Shown in pieces: positions 11,901 through 23,732 of a DNA stretch of 64,000 nucleotides. Under the pieces are notes generated by a model that worked only from the letters and a program-made list of their open reading frames with translations, did no database searches and had not been told where the DNA came from. Every line of letters begins with the position of its first letter. Position 1 is the first letter of the stretch. Position numbers and translations under genes: made by a program. The stretch is taken from contig CATNEN010000007.1 of NCBI GenBank assembly GCA_950097015.1, positions 8,308,001 through 8,372,000 of the forward strand, in the 5' to 3' direction. Origin of the DNA: Macrostomum hystrix (lineage: Eukaryota > Animalia > Platyhelminthes).

Positions 11901-14900
11901 TGAGATTGGATACTTCAGGTGTCAGTTGAGCACCTTAAGATTGGATACTTCAGGTGTCAGTTGAGCACCTTGAGATTGGGTGCTTAAGGTGTCAGTTGAG
12001 CACCTTGAGATTGGATACTTCAGGTGTCAGTTGAGCACCTTGAGATTGGGTACTTCAGGTGTCAGTTGAGCACTTTGAGATTGGATGCTTCAGGTGCGTC
12101 TATAACAGGCTGCATGCAGCTATTCAGTCTATGGACTGGGGAACAAGTCTGAGGCTACAAGCTCGCTAGAGCAGTAAAGTGATGTCTGGGACTGAGATAA
12201 ACCTGGTGCGTCAGCCCTCAAGCTCTGAGCCTGAGGATCAGAAATGGCAGACTATAAGCATTCGCATGACTGCTCGGCAGCGCAGGGCCGCAGGAAGCAA
12301 ATCCTCATCAAGCTGTTGCAGGCTCTTGTTCCGCTTTCACTGCTTTGCCAGACTGAGCCAGACACGGGGCTGGAGCTGAGGGGGGCTCTAAGGAAACGCC
12401 TCATGTAGCTACACTTAAGCAGCGGTCTCGCAGCTGAAAGCCGCTTTATTACTATCCGGCCTGCATTATAATCAATAATGGCTTTGGACGTTTTCTGTGC
12501 CAGGTGAATTCAATCCCAGCGCTAATCTCCCATGTCAAGAATTAGGATGGGATTTGATGGGACATTTCCGTCTGCCTTGCTTGGGAAGCGAAAAACCGAT
12601 ATCTCGCATTTCGCTACACACCGGCGTTGGAGACAGCCCGGCCCCGTGTCTTGCCAAACTGTTGGCATTAAAGTAGGAAAATGTAAGCCAATTATAATTC
12701 ATAATGTCCGCCTTTAATAATTTGCGCTTCTCAAGACCCAAGAATATTACCGCGGACATTGTGTCGACTTTCTGTTGTACCGCAAGCCCATAAAATTAGT
12801 TATCGATTTTTCCTGCATCTGTGCATCGCCTCCCGTCGGGCTTACCCCTGGGTTCTTCAATTCTCATACCCCTAGGGCCTAGGTTATAATCACACTCTCT
12901 GTCATTTCAATGAACGCTCTGCCCTTCACTGTCTATCCCCAGCCCACCCGTTGTTTTCACACCTCCACTCCAATCGGGTCTAACCCTCAATTCTCTTAAC
13001 GCTTGGTTATATGACTCTCTGTCATTCGCACTCTTCGCACTCAATGTACGCTCTGCCCTTCACTGTCTACCCCCAGACCACCCTTTATTTTCACACCTCC
13101 CTCCAATCGGGTCTAACCCTCAATTCTCTTAACGCTTGGCTATATTCGCACTCTCTGTCATTCGCACTCTTCGCAGACAATGTACGCTCTGCCCTTCACT
13201 GTCTACCCCCAGACCACCCTTTATTCACACCTCCCTCCAATCGGGTCTTACCCTCAATTATCTTACCGCTTGGTTATATTTAGACTCAGTCATCTCAATG
13301 TACGCTCTGCTCTTCGCAGTTTATGTGGTAGTGGCTGCTAGCTAGAGCTAGCGTTGTTGCACTTTTCCCTAAAATATCCTTGTAATGTCTATGGTCTCTA
13401 ATTCTCAACCTGCTATAGGTTCCTAAACTTTCGTTCCCAGCCTCTCACTTATGTTATAATCTCTTTGCTTGAATAAACGCTATGCTACGTACACAACGTT
13501 AACGCCAAAGCACCAACAGCTTCATCCAAACTACGACAATGGCGTCGCGGCTTGGCAATCTGGATCTTGCTGATACGACTCATGCACTCACCTGGATTAA
13601 GGCATTCAAAGCCTTGGCACGAACCAAGAAGTGGGAAGATGGAGGCGCAGATCGACAAATCACGGACAACTTTTTAGCGCTCTGTGGACTAGCAGCTCTC
13701 GAAAAAATTACTCATCTTGTAGCACCAAAAGAAGTGGAAGCGCACACCTTTGCGGAGCTGGAGAATGCCATCACGAACTTTCTGCAACCCCAAAAGCACC
13801 TTATCGTTGCTGAGAGAACTAAATTCTTCACGCTACGTCAAGCTGCCGATGAGCCCATTACGGAGTTCCTTTCTCGCTTGAGGAAGGGGGCCACGCACTG
13901 CGAGTTCGATACTCTCAAAACCTGCAACAGCCCAGAAGAGGAAATGGTACGTCTGATGCTCATCTCTGGCCTTTAGAACCCAGAAAATCAACGACGCGTT
14001 CTGGGAGCCATGCAAACGAAAGACTTGATGATCACCAAAATCGTGGATATAATCAGGACTATCGAACAAGTGACGAAGTTCGTAGACAGCAGGGATTTTC
14101 GAAACGCTAACACAGAGCCTACCCAAGAAGCACACTCCATCAACTTCACAGGGAAGGGAGATCGGCAGCATCGAGGCGGTAACGTGACCATGTCCCATGA
14201 ACGGCACGTAGGCAACTGCAAGTTTTGTGGCAGATCTCATCCAGCTGGCAAATGCCCGGCTTACGGCAAGACATGCAACAAATGCAATAAGCGCAATCAC
14301 TTTGGATCCGTGTGCCGCTCCAGTGGTGTCGAACATGTCAACCATGTGGACACGAAACTTGTAACCTCGGACTCCGACTCCTCTGATATACTCCATCTGA
14401 CAGACGTCGATCTCATCCATGCTGTTTCAGTAACGACAGAAACTGTGCTGATCAACGGTGTCGCTATTCCGATGCAGATCGACACCGCGGAGCTTCAGTT
14501 TCAGTGCTTTCTAGCCACCTCTGGGAATCGCTGCAACGCCCCAAATTGGACAAGTATCATCGGCGACTCGAAGCATATGACGGCCATATCCTGAAGACAT
14601 TGGGAAAGCTGTCTACGAGATGCGCGGTCGAATGTATCCAGCTGAGTTGATGGTGGTTTCATCTTCAAAGACATTCGGCCTGCTAGGACGCGATCTTCTA
14701 GATGGCGACGCCGTATTCCACGCAGCCACCACTGCCACAGCTGCGCCTGCCAATGAGCCACTGCCGACCATCAAGGGCATCAAAGCGAGCATGGAACTGA
14801 TTGAAGGTGCCAGGCCAAAGTTCTGCCGCGCTCGTCCTGTTCCACTTGCACTGGAGCCGCAAGTCAATGCCGAGCTAGAGAGACTGCAGCAGCTGGGCGT

Positions 14901-17900
14901 CATCGAGCCCATTGAGGGCCCGGTAAGCAACGCATCGCCTGTTGTCTGGGTTAAGAAAAAAGATGGCTCGCTGCGCATGTGTGCCGATTACAAAATGCAC
15001 GTCAATGAGAAAATCAAGCCAGAGTCTTATCCAATTCCTTCGATTGAGCACCTATTCGCCAAGCTCAAAAACGCAAAAAAGTTTGCGAAGGTAGACTTGC
15101 GTTCTGCCTATTGGCAAATAGCTCTCGATGAGTCTGCGGAGGAACTATCCGTGATCAATACCTCAAGCGGCCTCTACCGTGTCAAACGCCTACAAATGGG
15201 CATGAAAAATGCCTACTTCATTTTCCAAAGGACCATGGAGAGTATTCTTTCTGACCTTAAAGGCATCCTTGTCTACCAAGATGATGTCCTAGTCTTTGCA
15301 GAGAATTCCGAAGCACTAGGTAAGCGGTTGAATGCGGTCAAAACCAGGCTCTCAGAAAAGAAAGTGACCATCAACGAAAGCAAATCTATTAATATGTGCG
15401 ATGAAATTTCCTTTCTTGGATTCAAAATCTCCGCATCTGGAATTCAGCCTGACGACCGTCTAGTTGACAAGATCCGTCATATCGCCGCTCCCAGCTCCAA
15501 GAAGGAAGTTGAGCAGTTCCTTGGCCTAGTGAATTTTTTTGGCCGTCTGATACCTAATTTCTCCACCAAAATCGCCCCACTGAATGACCTTCGAAAGGGA
15601 AGCTCGCCCTTCGTCTGGTCCGACGAGTGCGCTCACGCATTTGAGGGGCTCAAGCGAGAAATATCATCCAGGCCTGTGGTGCAGCCATATAGCCTCGAAA
15701 AAGAGGCCACTCTCACCACTGACGCCTCCAAAGGTGCACTTGCTGCTGTTTTGACCCAGGACGGGCACCCCGTGATTTACATCTCCAGGACTCTCATCCG
15801 CAGAAGCCAACTACTCAAACATCGAACGAGAGGCACTGGCGATTTTCTGGGCAATCCATAGGCTTAAACACTATCTGCAAGGCCGAAAATTCACCATTCG
15901 GACTGATCACCAACCGTTGCTTCGCTTCTTTGGTGGCAGCATTCCATTGAGCACCTCTTCCAGAATCAGCCGATGGGCGCTGTTTCTAATGCAATTCGAT
16001 TTCACTCTGGAATACGTACAAGGGACAAAAATTCCGCATGCCGACGCGCTCTCCCGACTCCGGTTTGAAAACGCTGATCTTGAACCTAGCAGCACCTTTT
16101 GGGCGGTAAACTGCGTTGCCTTTGAATCCCCAACCATTGATCCACACAGAATAGCATCCGAAATCGAGTCAGACGGCCTCCTTCAACGAATAGTTCGCCG
16201 CATTCGGTCTGGTGACTGGCGAGGGTGCACACAAGCAGAGGCAGCCTTTAAGAAAGTCGCGGAATGCCTGACTCTCGAGAATGGCCTGATCTACATGCGC
16301 CGCCGAGCATTCATTCCACCAAGGCTCAGACGAGAGGCCTTCGACGCAGTGCATGACACTCATACGGGTTCCAACGCAGCGCACAAGTTGCTTGCACAGA
16401 CCTGTTGGTGGCCCGGCATGCAGAGAGATGTGGAGCAATTTGTTTCTCAATGCCGAACATGCACTCAGTTAAGACCTCGTCTGCAAAAAACTCGGGACAC
16501 TTGGCCACCTGCCACCGCTCCATTTCAAAGAGTGCACATGGACTGGGCTTTTGTACCAGCCGTTGGCAACATTCTCATCGTGGTTGATGCGTACTCGGGC
16601 TGGATAGAAGCTTTCCCCACAAAGGACAGATCAGCAGACAGTGTCATCAACTCGTTGCGAACAGTTTTTACTCGCTTTGGTGTTCCGGAGCTAGTTGTTT
16701 CGGACAACGCAGCGGAGTTCACCTCGTCTCCCCTATTGGCCTGGTTGGAAAGGAACGGTGCTCGTAAGATGGAGAGCCCTCCATATTCCCCTCAATCTAA
16801 TGGTGCAGCCGAGCGAGCCGTCCAGACAATCAAGAAGGCCTTGCAGGCATGGACCCAGCGTCTAACACATGGCAGCTTTGTCGCTTTTTTGCAGAAGGCT
16901 CTGCTACATCATCGCAATTCTTCAACTTCACGCGGACGAACACCTGCCGAGCTCGTGCTAGGACGGCGACTTCGAGTTCCGGTGGTCTCCACCTTCCAGC
17001 AGGGCGACCCGGTGCAGTTCAAGGCAAACGGCGACACCACCAGCTCTCGAGCTGAGTTCCTGATGTCGCAGGGGCGCAACACCTCCTGGCTACTGACGGG
17101 CGCCAAACTACAACTGGCCTCAAACAATCAATTCGGCCCGCTGGTTCCTGCCTCTGAGACAGATGAGGAGGAAGAAGCAGTTCACCAACAACCACAAGCC
17201 AATATGCCTGAGTTTCCCCCGGAGATCGCTCCGACAAGAAGAAGCACTAGGGTGAGGAATCCCCCAAATCGCTTTGTGCCGTAGGCTCGGACTGAGTAAA
17301 CTATGATCGCGTCATTTCACTGACTTTGCGAAGTCTATTAACTAGTTCTTAAAGTTTGTTTGTTTGACTGGACGTTACCCATCGTCTTCCTTTGCAGATG
17401 GGGACATGTGGTAGTGGCTGCTAGTGTTGTGAGCTGCGTCTCATAACGACCTTGCCCCGACCCCTGCGTCTCCAGCCCTTCCACCCCAGCCGCCTGCTCA
17501 ATCCGGTTCTGCCCGGCCCCGGCTTAGGCCACCCTCCGTTGGCGTGTTTGTCGTTTGTCATTCGCCCATTGGCTGTCCCCTGTGCCGTCCTCGCTAGTCC
17601 AATCAGGCCTCTCGCCAAGGAGGCTTCTGATTGGCTAGCCGGTCTCCTTCTCTCTCTCTCTCGGCTTGCAGCCGACCCCAGCCCAGCCCTGTTTGCTACC
17701 ACCCCAGCCCTGCGTGGCTTAGCCCTACCCCGTCCAGCCCTATGCCCTCGCCCCACCCCACGCGGTTATTTATTTGCGCGCGCTGCCGTGGCCAGCCCCC
17801 GCGCCTCCAGAGTACTAGGGCGAGAACGTTGGCGAAGCTAATACAACATTAGAAAGTAGAATCCATAATAAACTACGCAGCCTGAAGCACAATTTATTGC

Positions 17901-20900
17901 ATGAGTTCCACGTTCAACCCCTGCCGGTAAGAAAAGCATTCACGCGTTATTTATTTCTTTATTATCGAATCTTGTTCCTCTGCCCAACCTCGGCTGCTGC
18001 CAAAAACTCACCATCATCCTTCTCCTCCAGAGTCTTCCTCGAGTCTGCGAAGTGTCGGTACGCTTCCAGACCATCATCTACCTCTCTCTTGGGCTGTCGA
18101 GTGGCTACCCGCTCGCAGTCAAAACCTTCAGTCAGGGCTTAGCGAGTGTCGGTACGCTCCAAGTCCATCCCGTCTCTCCTCGGAGTGTCTGGACGCCTCG
18201 AGGGTCGCTGCTTCCCCCCCTCTACCCCCGGCAAGATTTGGGCGGTCCGTACCCGAACCCCCACTACCGCGTTGGCGAACTGCCGACAATACGAAAGAAT
18301 TACAACACTAGCTAGAGCTAGCGTTGTTGCACTTTTCCCGATAATATCCTTGTAATGTCTATGGTCTCTAATTCTCAACCTGCTATAGGTTCCTAAGCTT
18401 TCGTTCCCAGCCTCTCACTTATGTTATAATCTCTTTGCTTGAATAAACGCTATGCTACGCTATGCTACACAACGTTAACGCCAAAGCTCCAACAGCTTCA
18501 TCCAAACTACGACAGTTTACCCCCTAGCCCAGCCGTTGTTTTCTGTTTTCACACCTACCTCACGTCTGACATACCATTTTAACTCTCTTAATAATAATAA
18601 ATAATATTAATAATTGCAGGGGCGCAGGAAATGGCACAACATTTGATGACGAAAGACTTGCAGGCAGCGAGAAGGCAATTCTGCCCACTTCGCTGATTCC
18701 TGAGCACACATACACAGATACTGTACGCAGGCACACGCTCACACAGGTGTGTACATCTGCCGCGACTTTCTCGTCGTCAGGCTGTGTACATTTCACTGTG
18801 CCTTGAAAGGTTGGCCCTCTATGGCGTAAATTGCACGACACCAAAGCCTTCGCTCCGCGGCTGCGCCCCAAATAAATGTGGCCTCGCCAAGGATCGAACC
18901 TAGGGACCGTGGTGCGAGAGGCAAAAGCATTAACCGCTCTGCCACCGACCCCCTCTTAATTCTGTTCCCCCTTGGTTGAATTCGGACAGAGGATGATAAA
19001 TAACAGAGAAAATATCTTTCTAATGTGAGCTTTGTCTTTGTCTGCTCTCACTATAAAATGGTCTCACTGGCAACCGAATAGACTATATTGGCGTCTAAGT
19101 TTCACAGCAAATACGAGAAACCTCGTAGAAATACGTAGAAATACTTTCTCCTTACAGAAATACGGTTATCTGCGTCGAAATGCCTGACGAGAAACTCGGC
19201 CGGAAAGTGCATCGACATGTACACCTACAGTTATGTTTTAGAAAAGAAAAATAAATCAGTCTCCGGCCTAGCTGGACTGTGGGCGCGTGGCACAATTCAC
19301 GACAGCGAAATTTCGATGCAAGTTTAGACTGTTGATTTTTCATCTCTCATTTTGGCACGTTCTGTAGATACCAGCTAGGATCTTTGGCAGCAGCAGCAAC
19401 AGCAGATGTTCGCCGCAGATGAAAAGAAAATAAAATACCCGAGAGGTAAAAAAAGAGATTGGAAGAAGAATAGAGAGCAAAAACGAATTCCGCTGCCAAT
19501 TTCTTTAGGAGCGGGATTGAATTACAGAAACAGGAATATCTGCTGATGGCGATCTGTTCCTGCGACTTCAAAATAACAAAAGCGCTGCCGCTTCTGCTGC
19601 TGCCGTAAATTGAATTTGAAAATATTTCTTTGCAAGATGAAATAACATGAAAATTCTTTTATGAAAATTACACTGCCCAAATCAATATCAGCTTCAGCTT
19701 ATCGCTGAACTATAAAAAAATAAAAAGGAGCATTTCAAATGACTGGCTGCAAAATGGTAAGAATGAAAGGAGTAGCAGAGTTTAATCGAAACTTTATTTT
19801 ATGAAGAAAAAACTCCATCTGAAAGAGAGAGGGAAAGAGGGAGACTTTCAGAAACTGAAAGAGGAAGACAGAGAAAGTAACAGAAAAAAGATCCAGACAG
19901 AGACAGATGGAGAGACAGGGGGAGAGACAGACAGAGAGACAGACAGAGAGACAAAGAGACATACAGAGAGACATACAGAGAGACAGACAGAGAGACATAC
20001 AGAGAGGCATACAGAGAGACATACAGGGAGGCAGACAGAGAGACAGACAGAGAGACAGACAGAGAGACAGACAGAGAGACATACAGGGAGGCATACAGAG
20101 AGACATTCAGAGAGACAGACAGAGAGACATTCAGAGAGACAGACAGAGAGACAGACAGAGAGACATTCAGAGAGACAGACAGAGAGACATTCAGAGAGAC
20201 AGACAGAGAGACAGACAGATAGACAGACAGAGAGACAAACAGAGAGACATACAGGGAGGCATACAGAGAGACATTCAGAGAGACAGACAGAGAGACATTC
20301 AGAGAGACAGACAGAGAGACAGACAGAGAGACATTCAGAGAGACAGACAGAGAGACAGACAGAGAGACATACAGAGAGACAGACAGAGAGACATTCAGAG
20401 AGGCATACAGAGAGACATACAGGGAGGCAGACAGAGAGACAGACAGAGAGACAGACAGAGAGACATACAGGGAGGCATACAGAGAGACATTCAGAGAGAC
20501 AGACAGAGAGACATTCAGAGAGACAGACAGAGAGACAGACAGAGAGACATTCAGAGAGACAGACAGAGAGACAGACAGAGAGACAGACAGAGAGACAGAC
20601 AGAGAGACATACAGAGAGACAGACAGAGAGACATTCAGAGAGACAGACAGAGAGACATTCAGAGAGACATTCAGAGAGACATTCAGAGAGACAGACAGAG
20701 AGACAGACAGAGAGACAGACAGAGAGACATACAGAGAGACATACAGAGAGACAGACAGAGAGACATACAGAGAGGCATACAGAGAGACATTCAGAGAGAC
20801 ATTCAGAGAGACAGACAGAGAGACAGACAGAGAGACAGACAGAGAGACATTCAGAGAGACAGACAGAGAGACATTCAGAGAGACAGACAGAGAGACATTC

Positions 20901-22960
20901 AGAGAGACAGACAGAGAGACATTCAGAGAGACAGACAGAGAGACAGACAGAGAGACAGATGGAGAGACATTAAGAGAGACATTCAGAGAGAGACAGAGAG
21001 ACAGACAGAGAGACAGTGTCAAGTTCGGGCCGTCACGGATGCAGAATATTTCTGACACTTTAATCAGAAACAAGCGGGGCCACCCAGCTTCAAAATGCTT
21101 CATCGCTGGGAGTGCAATCGGCTGTGCCTTTCTCTCTCTTGGGAAGCGGGCTAGGCACGGGCAGCGGCGTCAACGGAGAACGGCAAAAAGGCGAGCGAAT
21201 CGATATTCGTAATTACACTGCGAGGCCCGGTTAGGTCAAAGCCTTTCAGGGTGATAATTGTTGGGCAGGGGCGGGGCTCCGAGGCTGAGCAGTGAGCACA
21301 GCTACGGGGAGGGGAGCCGGGTGACGGCGAGAGTCAATTTCCCAGTCATTTCAACTGAAAGTCAGCAATAATCAATGCATCCGACTGTTTGTTCTGGCCT
21401 CAAGCGACCGAAGAAACACAGAGAAAAAATCACTGACTTTTGTTCGTCGAGTTACCGAGCTAGCATTTCGGCTTTCTTTGCCTTACATATTACTTATATC
21501 GGCATGGAAGGATTTGGTTGATAAAATTAAAGTTACATCAGTCGTAGGAATAGTGTCGACTCTGGCGCAGCTCGCTGATTGGCTGGCTGGGTGGGGTGGG
21601 TGTCGGGGTCGGTAGGGTCTGTGGAGGGGGTGGTGTCGGAGGACGGGGTGGGACGGGTTGGAGTAGGGTCCATGGAGGGGATGGGTTGACCATCTCCTCT
21701 ATGGTTGCGTCGGTGGTAGTTGTTTGGTAGGGTTTGAGGTAACTTCGGTGCCTGGGTGGGTAGAGCTTAAGGCTGGTGTGCGTAAGGGTATGGTGGATGT
21801 CGGGCACTGGCATCAAAGTGTTGGGGTCAGGCAGTGACGGAATGTGGTTGTGGAGTCTGAAGTTTAGTGCTTGGGGACTGTAGTGGGGTCTTGGAGTCGG
21901 CGACTTAAATCATTGACTCACGTTGATGAACTCATCGTTGCGGTCTATCATTGCGCCGAACTCAGCCCAGTTTGCCGGCATGCGGCCGAAGGACAGGCCC
22001 TCTAGCTTGGGCAGCGAAGTGTCCGGGTGGGCGTCGATGTGCAACAGCAGGAGCGGGTCCTGGGCGGCGTCTGGCCTCGACAGCGCGTCTGCCAGCCACT
22101 TGAACAGCGCTGATGGATTGGCAGCGAGATTGTGTCTCATTAGTCATTTTAAAGTCCTGCCACCCGAATGGCTGATCCGCTAACCCTGTGTCTCCTCTCC
22201 CACCCCTGTGTCTCCCCTCCCACCCCTGTGTCTCCTCTCCCACCCCTGTGTCTCCCCTCCCACCCCTGTGTCTCCCCTCCCACCCCAGTGTCTCCCCTGC
22301 TACCCCAGTGTCTCCCCTGCTACCCCAGTGTCTCCCGTCCCACCCCAGTGTCTCCCCTTCCACCCCAGTGTCTCCCCTGCCACCCCAGTGTCTCCCCTCC
22401 CACCCCTGTGTCTCTCCTCCCACCCCTGTGTCTCCCCTCCCACCCCTGTGTCTCCCCTGCCACCCCAGTGTCTCCCCTCCCACCCCAGTATCTCCCCTCC
22501 CACCCTAGTGTCTCACCTCCCACCCCAGTGTCTCCCCTCCCACCCCAGTGTCTCTCCTGTCACCCCAGTGTCTCTCCTGTCACCCCAGTGTCTCCCTGCC
22601 ACCCCAGTGTCTCTCCTCCCACCCCTGTGTCTCTCCTGTCACCCCAGTATCTCCCCTGCCACCCCAGTGTCTCCCTGCCACCCCAGTGTCTCTCCTCCCA
22701 CCCTTGTGTCTCCCCTCCCACCCCTGTGTCTCCTTTGCCACCACAGTGTCCGTACCTTCCTGATGCTCTTCGACAATGTAAATCGCAGGCTTCGTCAGAC
22801 CCGCCGGAGCCAGATGGTCGCCGCGGAGCTGCAGCGCCAGCTCGCGGGCCGTCAGCACGGAGCGCAGTCGCAGACAGGCCGCGAAGGTCAGGCAGACCAG
22901 CAGGCAGGCCGGGCGCCAGCGAGCTCGCAGCCAGCGTAGCGACAGGCGCAGCGCAGCGAG
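8911..22960 (-). CDS. UPF0489 / C5orf22-family protein (arginase/deacetylase-like fold), 5 coding exons; 5' end uncertain
   Basis: Exons with GT-AG sites and matching phases: about 22960-22756 (PAIYIVEEHQE), 22109-21922 (LLLHIDAHPD...RNDEFIN), 11668-11185 (AAAYAGFIDRLVFLRPSW...FILDIDLDFL), 9921-9695, 9411-8911 (RPRLVTVARSGRDGYTP, TGA). These match recalled C5orf22 motifs VVEDHQE, LHFDSHPD, PAVYAGH, LDIDLDFF, VTIARS. No in-frame ATG was found in exon 1. Confidence 0.8.
9503..9681. repeat. 21-bp intronic minisatellite
   Basis: CTAATGAAGAGTCCATTCTCA tandem. Confidence 0.95.
9955..11170. repeat. 30-bp minisatellite (about 40 copies) inside an in-frame intron
   Basis: TCACTGAAGGATCGGATGATGG(T/A)GGG(G/A)AAC tandem. 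Confidence 0.97.
11694..12095. repeat. 35-bp minisatellite
   Basis: TTGAGATTGGGTACTTCAGGTGTCAGTTGAGCACC tandem. Confidence 0.93.
12890..13323. repeat. About 130-bp tandem repeat interrupted by the gypsy element
   Basis: ACGCTCTGCCCTTCACTGTCTACCCCCAG...CAATCGGGTCTAACCCTCAATT units; the last unit resumes at 18515-18560. Confidence 0.8.
13324..13538 (+). repeat. 5' LTR
   Basis: TGTGGTAG...CTACGACA with AATAAA. Matches the 3' LTR apart from about 4 substitutions and one small indel. Confidence 0.95.
13539..14619 (+). pseudogene. gag: gag plus aspartic protease, disrupted
   Basis: Gag (ERTKFFTLRQ..EPITEFLSRLR..CEF) with an in-frame TAG at 13974-13976; two CCHC knuckles (CKFCGRSHPAGKC, CNKCNKRNHFGSVC). 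Protease DTGASVSV is broken by a 2-nt insertion near 14487, and there is a further frameshift near 14618. Confidence 0.88.
14620..17284 (+). pseudogene. pol: pol (RT, RNase H, integrase), frameshifted near 15795
   Basis: RT: KKKDGSLRMCADY, DLRSAYWQI, YQDD. RNase H: LTTDAS, HADALSR. Integrase: H..H..C..C zinc motif, PFQRVHMD, VSDN, SNGAAER. Confidence 0.92.
17425..18307 (+). mobile_element. Solo LTR (883 bp) of a second family inserted in the 3' LTR
   Basis: Termini TGTTGT...ACAACA. The 4-bp TSD CTAG (17421-17424, 18308-18311) is confirmed against the empty site in the 5' LTR. Internal CCAAT boxes and AATAAA (17867-17872). Orientation is inferred from the AATAAA. Confidence 0.9.
18650..18952 (-). 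mobile_element. tRNA-derived SINE-like element
   Basis: Minus strand GGTGGCAGAGCGGTTAATGC (A box) ... GGTTCGATCC (B box), no proper acceptor stem; the body extent is approximate. Confidence 0.55.
19900..21015. repeat. 12-bp AG-rich minisatellite
   Basis: AGAGAGAC followed by AGAC, ATAC or ATTC. Confidence 0.95.
22183..22750. repeat. 20-bp intronic minisatellite
   Basis: CACCCC(T/A)GTGTCTCCCCTCC tandem. Confidence 0.93.
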
Positions 22961-23718
22961 CTGAAGCGGCAAGCGGTAGCCAGGGAACCGTAGCAGATTG
23001 GCTGAGGCCAAGTGGGAGGAGAAAGCAGAAGAGGAGGAGAGCGGAAGAGGAGAGGGAGGGGAGATCGGAATAGGAGGGAGAGGAGAGCTGACAGGGAAGA
23101 GGAGCGCGGGAGAGCGTAAGAGGAGGGGAGGAGAGCGGAAAGAGGAGGGGGGAGGAGAACGAAAGCGGAGAGGGAGAGGAGAAAGCGGCCCAGCCGCTTT
23201 TGAAAGAGGCCCAGCAGCAGTTAGCGGAAAGAGGTGGGAGAGCGGGAGAGCGTAATAGGAGGCGGAGGAGAGCGGAAAGTGGAGGGGAGAGGAGAGTGGT
23301 AATTTTCAAAAGCGCGCTGTTAAACACGAGTGATACCAAAAAGGAGTGAAAACAATGGCAAGTAGACAGCTTTGAGATAAGTTATTGGCGGCAACTAAGC
23401 AGGCCGTGTCATGCTGATAGCTGTTTGATAATCAAGTATAATATAAAAAAGGTCAAATATAGATTTAACAGACATAACATATAAACTGCGATAGTTTTGC
23501 TACATAATAACAGGTAAAATATAAATTTACACAGAGCTCGCCTTTTATATACCCAACCTAGAGCTGAAATCGACAGACGACAATGGACCGGTCAGCGGCT
23601 TGTTTGCAAAAAAAAAATATTCTGGCTTTTGTACTATGTACTATGTACGAGTATATTAAAGTAAAAGAGTTACAACTGAGAAACGCGCGTTTTGGAAGAA
23701 TATATACTTTTGGATCGG

Positions 23719-23732
23719 GTTTCTATGGTTAC
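23719..23732 (-). promoter_or_regulatory. RFX X-box-like motif
   Basis: Minus strand GTAACCATAGAAAC fits GTHNYY-AT-RRNAAC; it lies between the CCDC66 3' end and exon 1 of the UPF0489 gene. Confidence 0.4.

Larger units (their letters stand above)
13324..18514 (+). mobile_element. Full-length decayed Ty3/gypsy LTR retrotransposon (Mag-like)
   Basis: 215-bp TG...CA LTRs (13324-13538; 17407-18514, interrupted by an insertion), 5-bp TSD GTTTA (13319-13323, 18515-18519), PBS TGGCGTCGCGG at 13540, purine tract AGATGGGGA before the 3' LTR, domain order gag-PR-RT-RH-IN. Confidence 0.96.

Noticed and set aside
13974-13976. Programmed stop-codon readthrough in gag
   Set aside because: The TAG lies in mid-Gag before the zinc knuckles, not at the gag-pol junction, and the element has other lesions; likely a nonsense mutation.
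18878-18952. tRNA gene
   Set aside because: A and B boxes are present but there is no convincing acceptor stem or cloverleaf; better explained as a SINE head.
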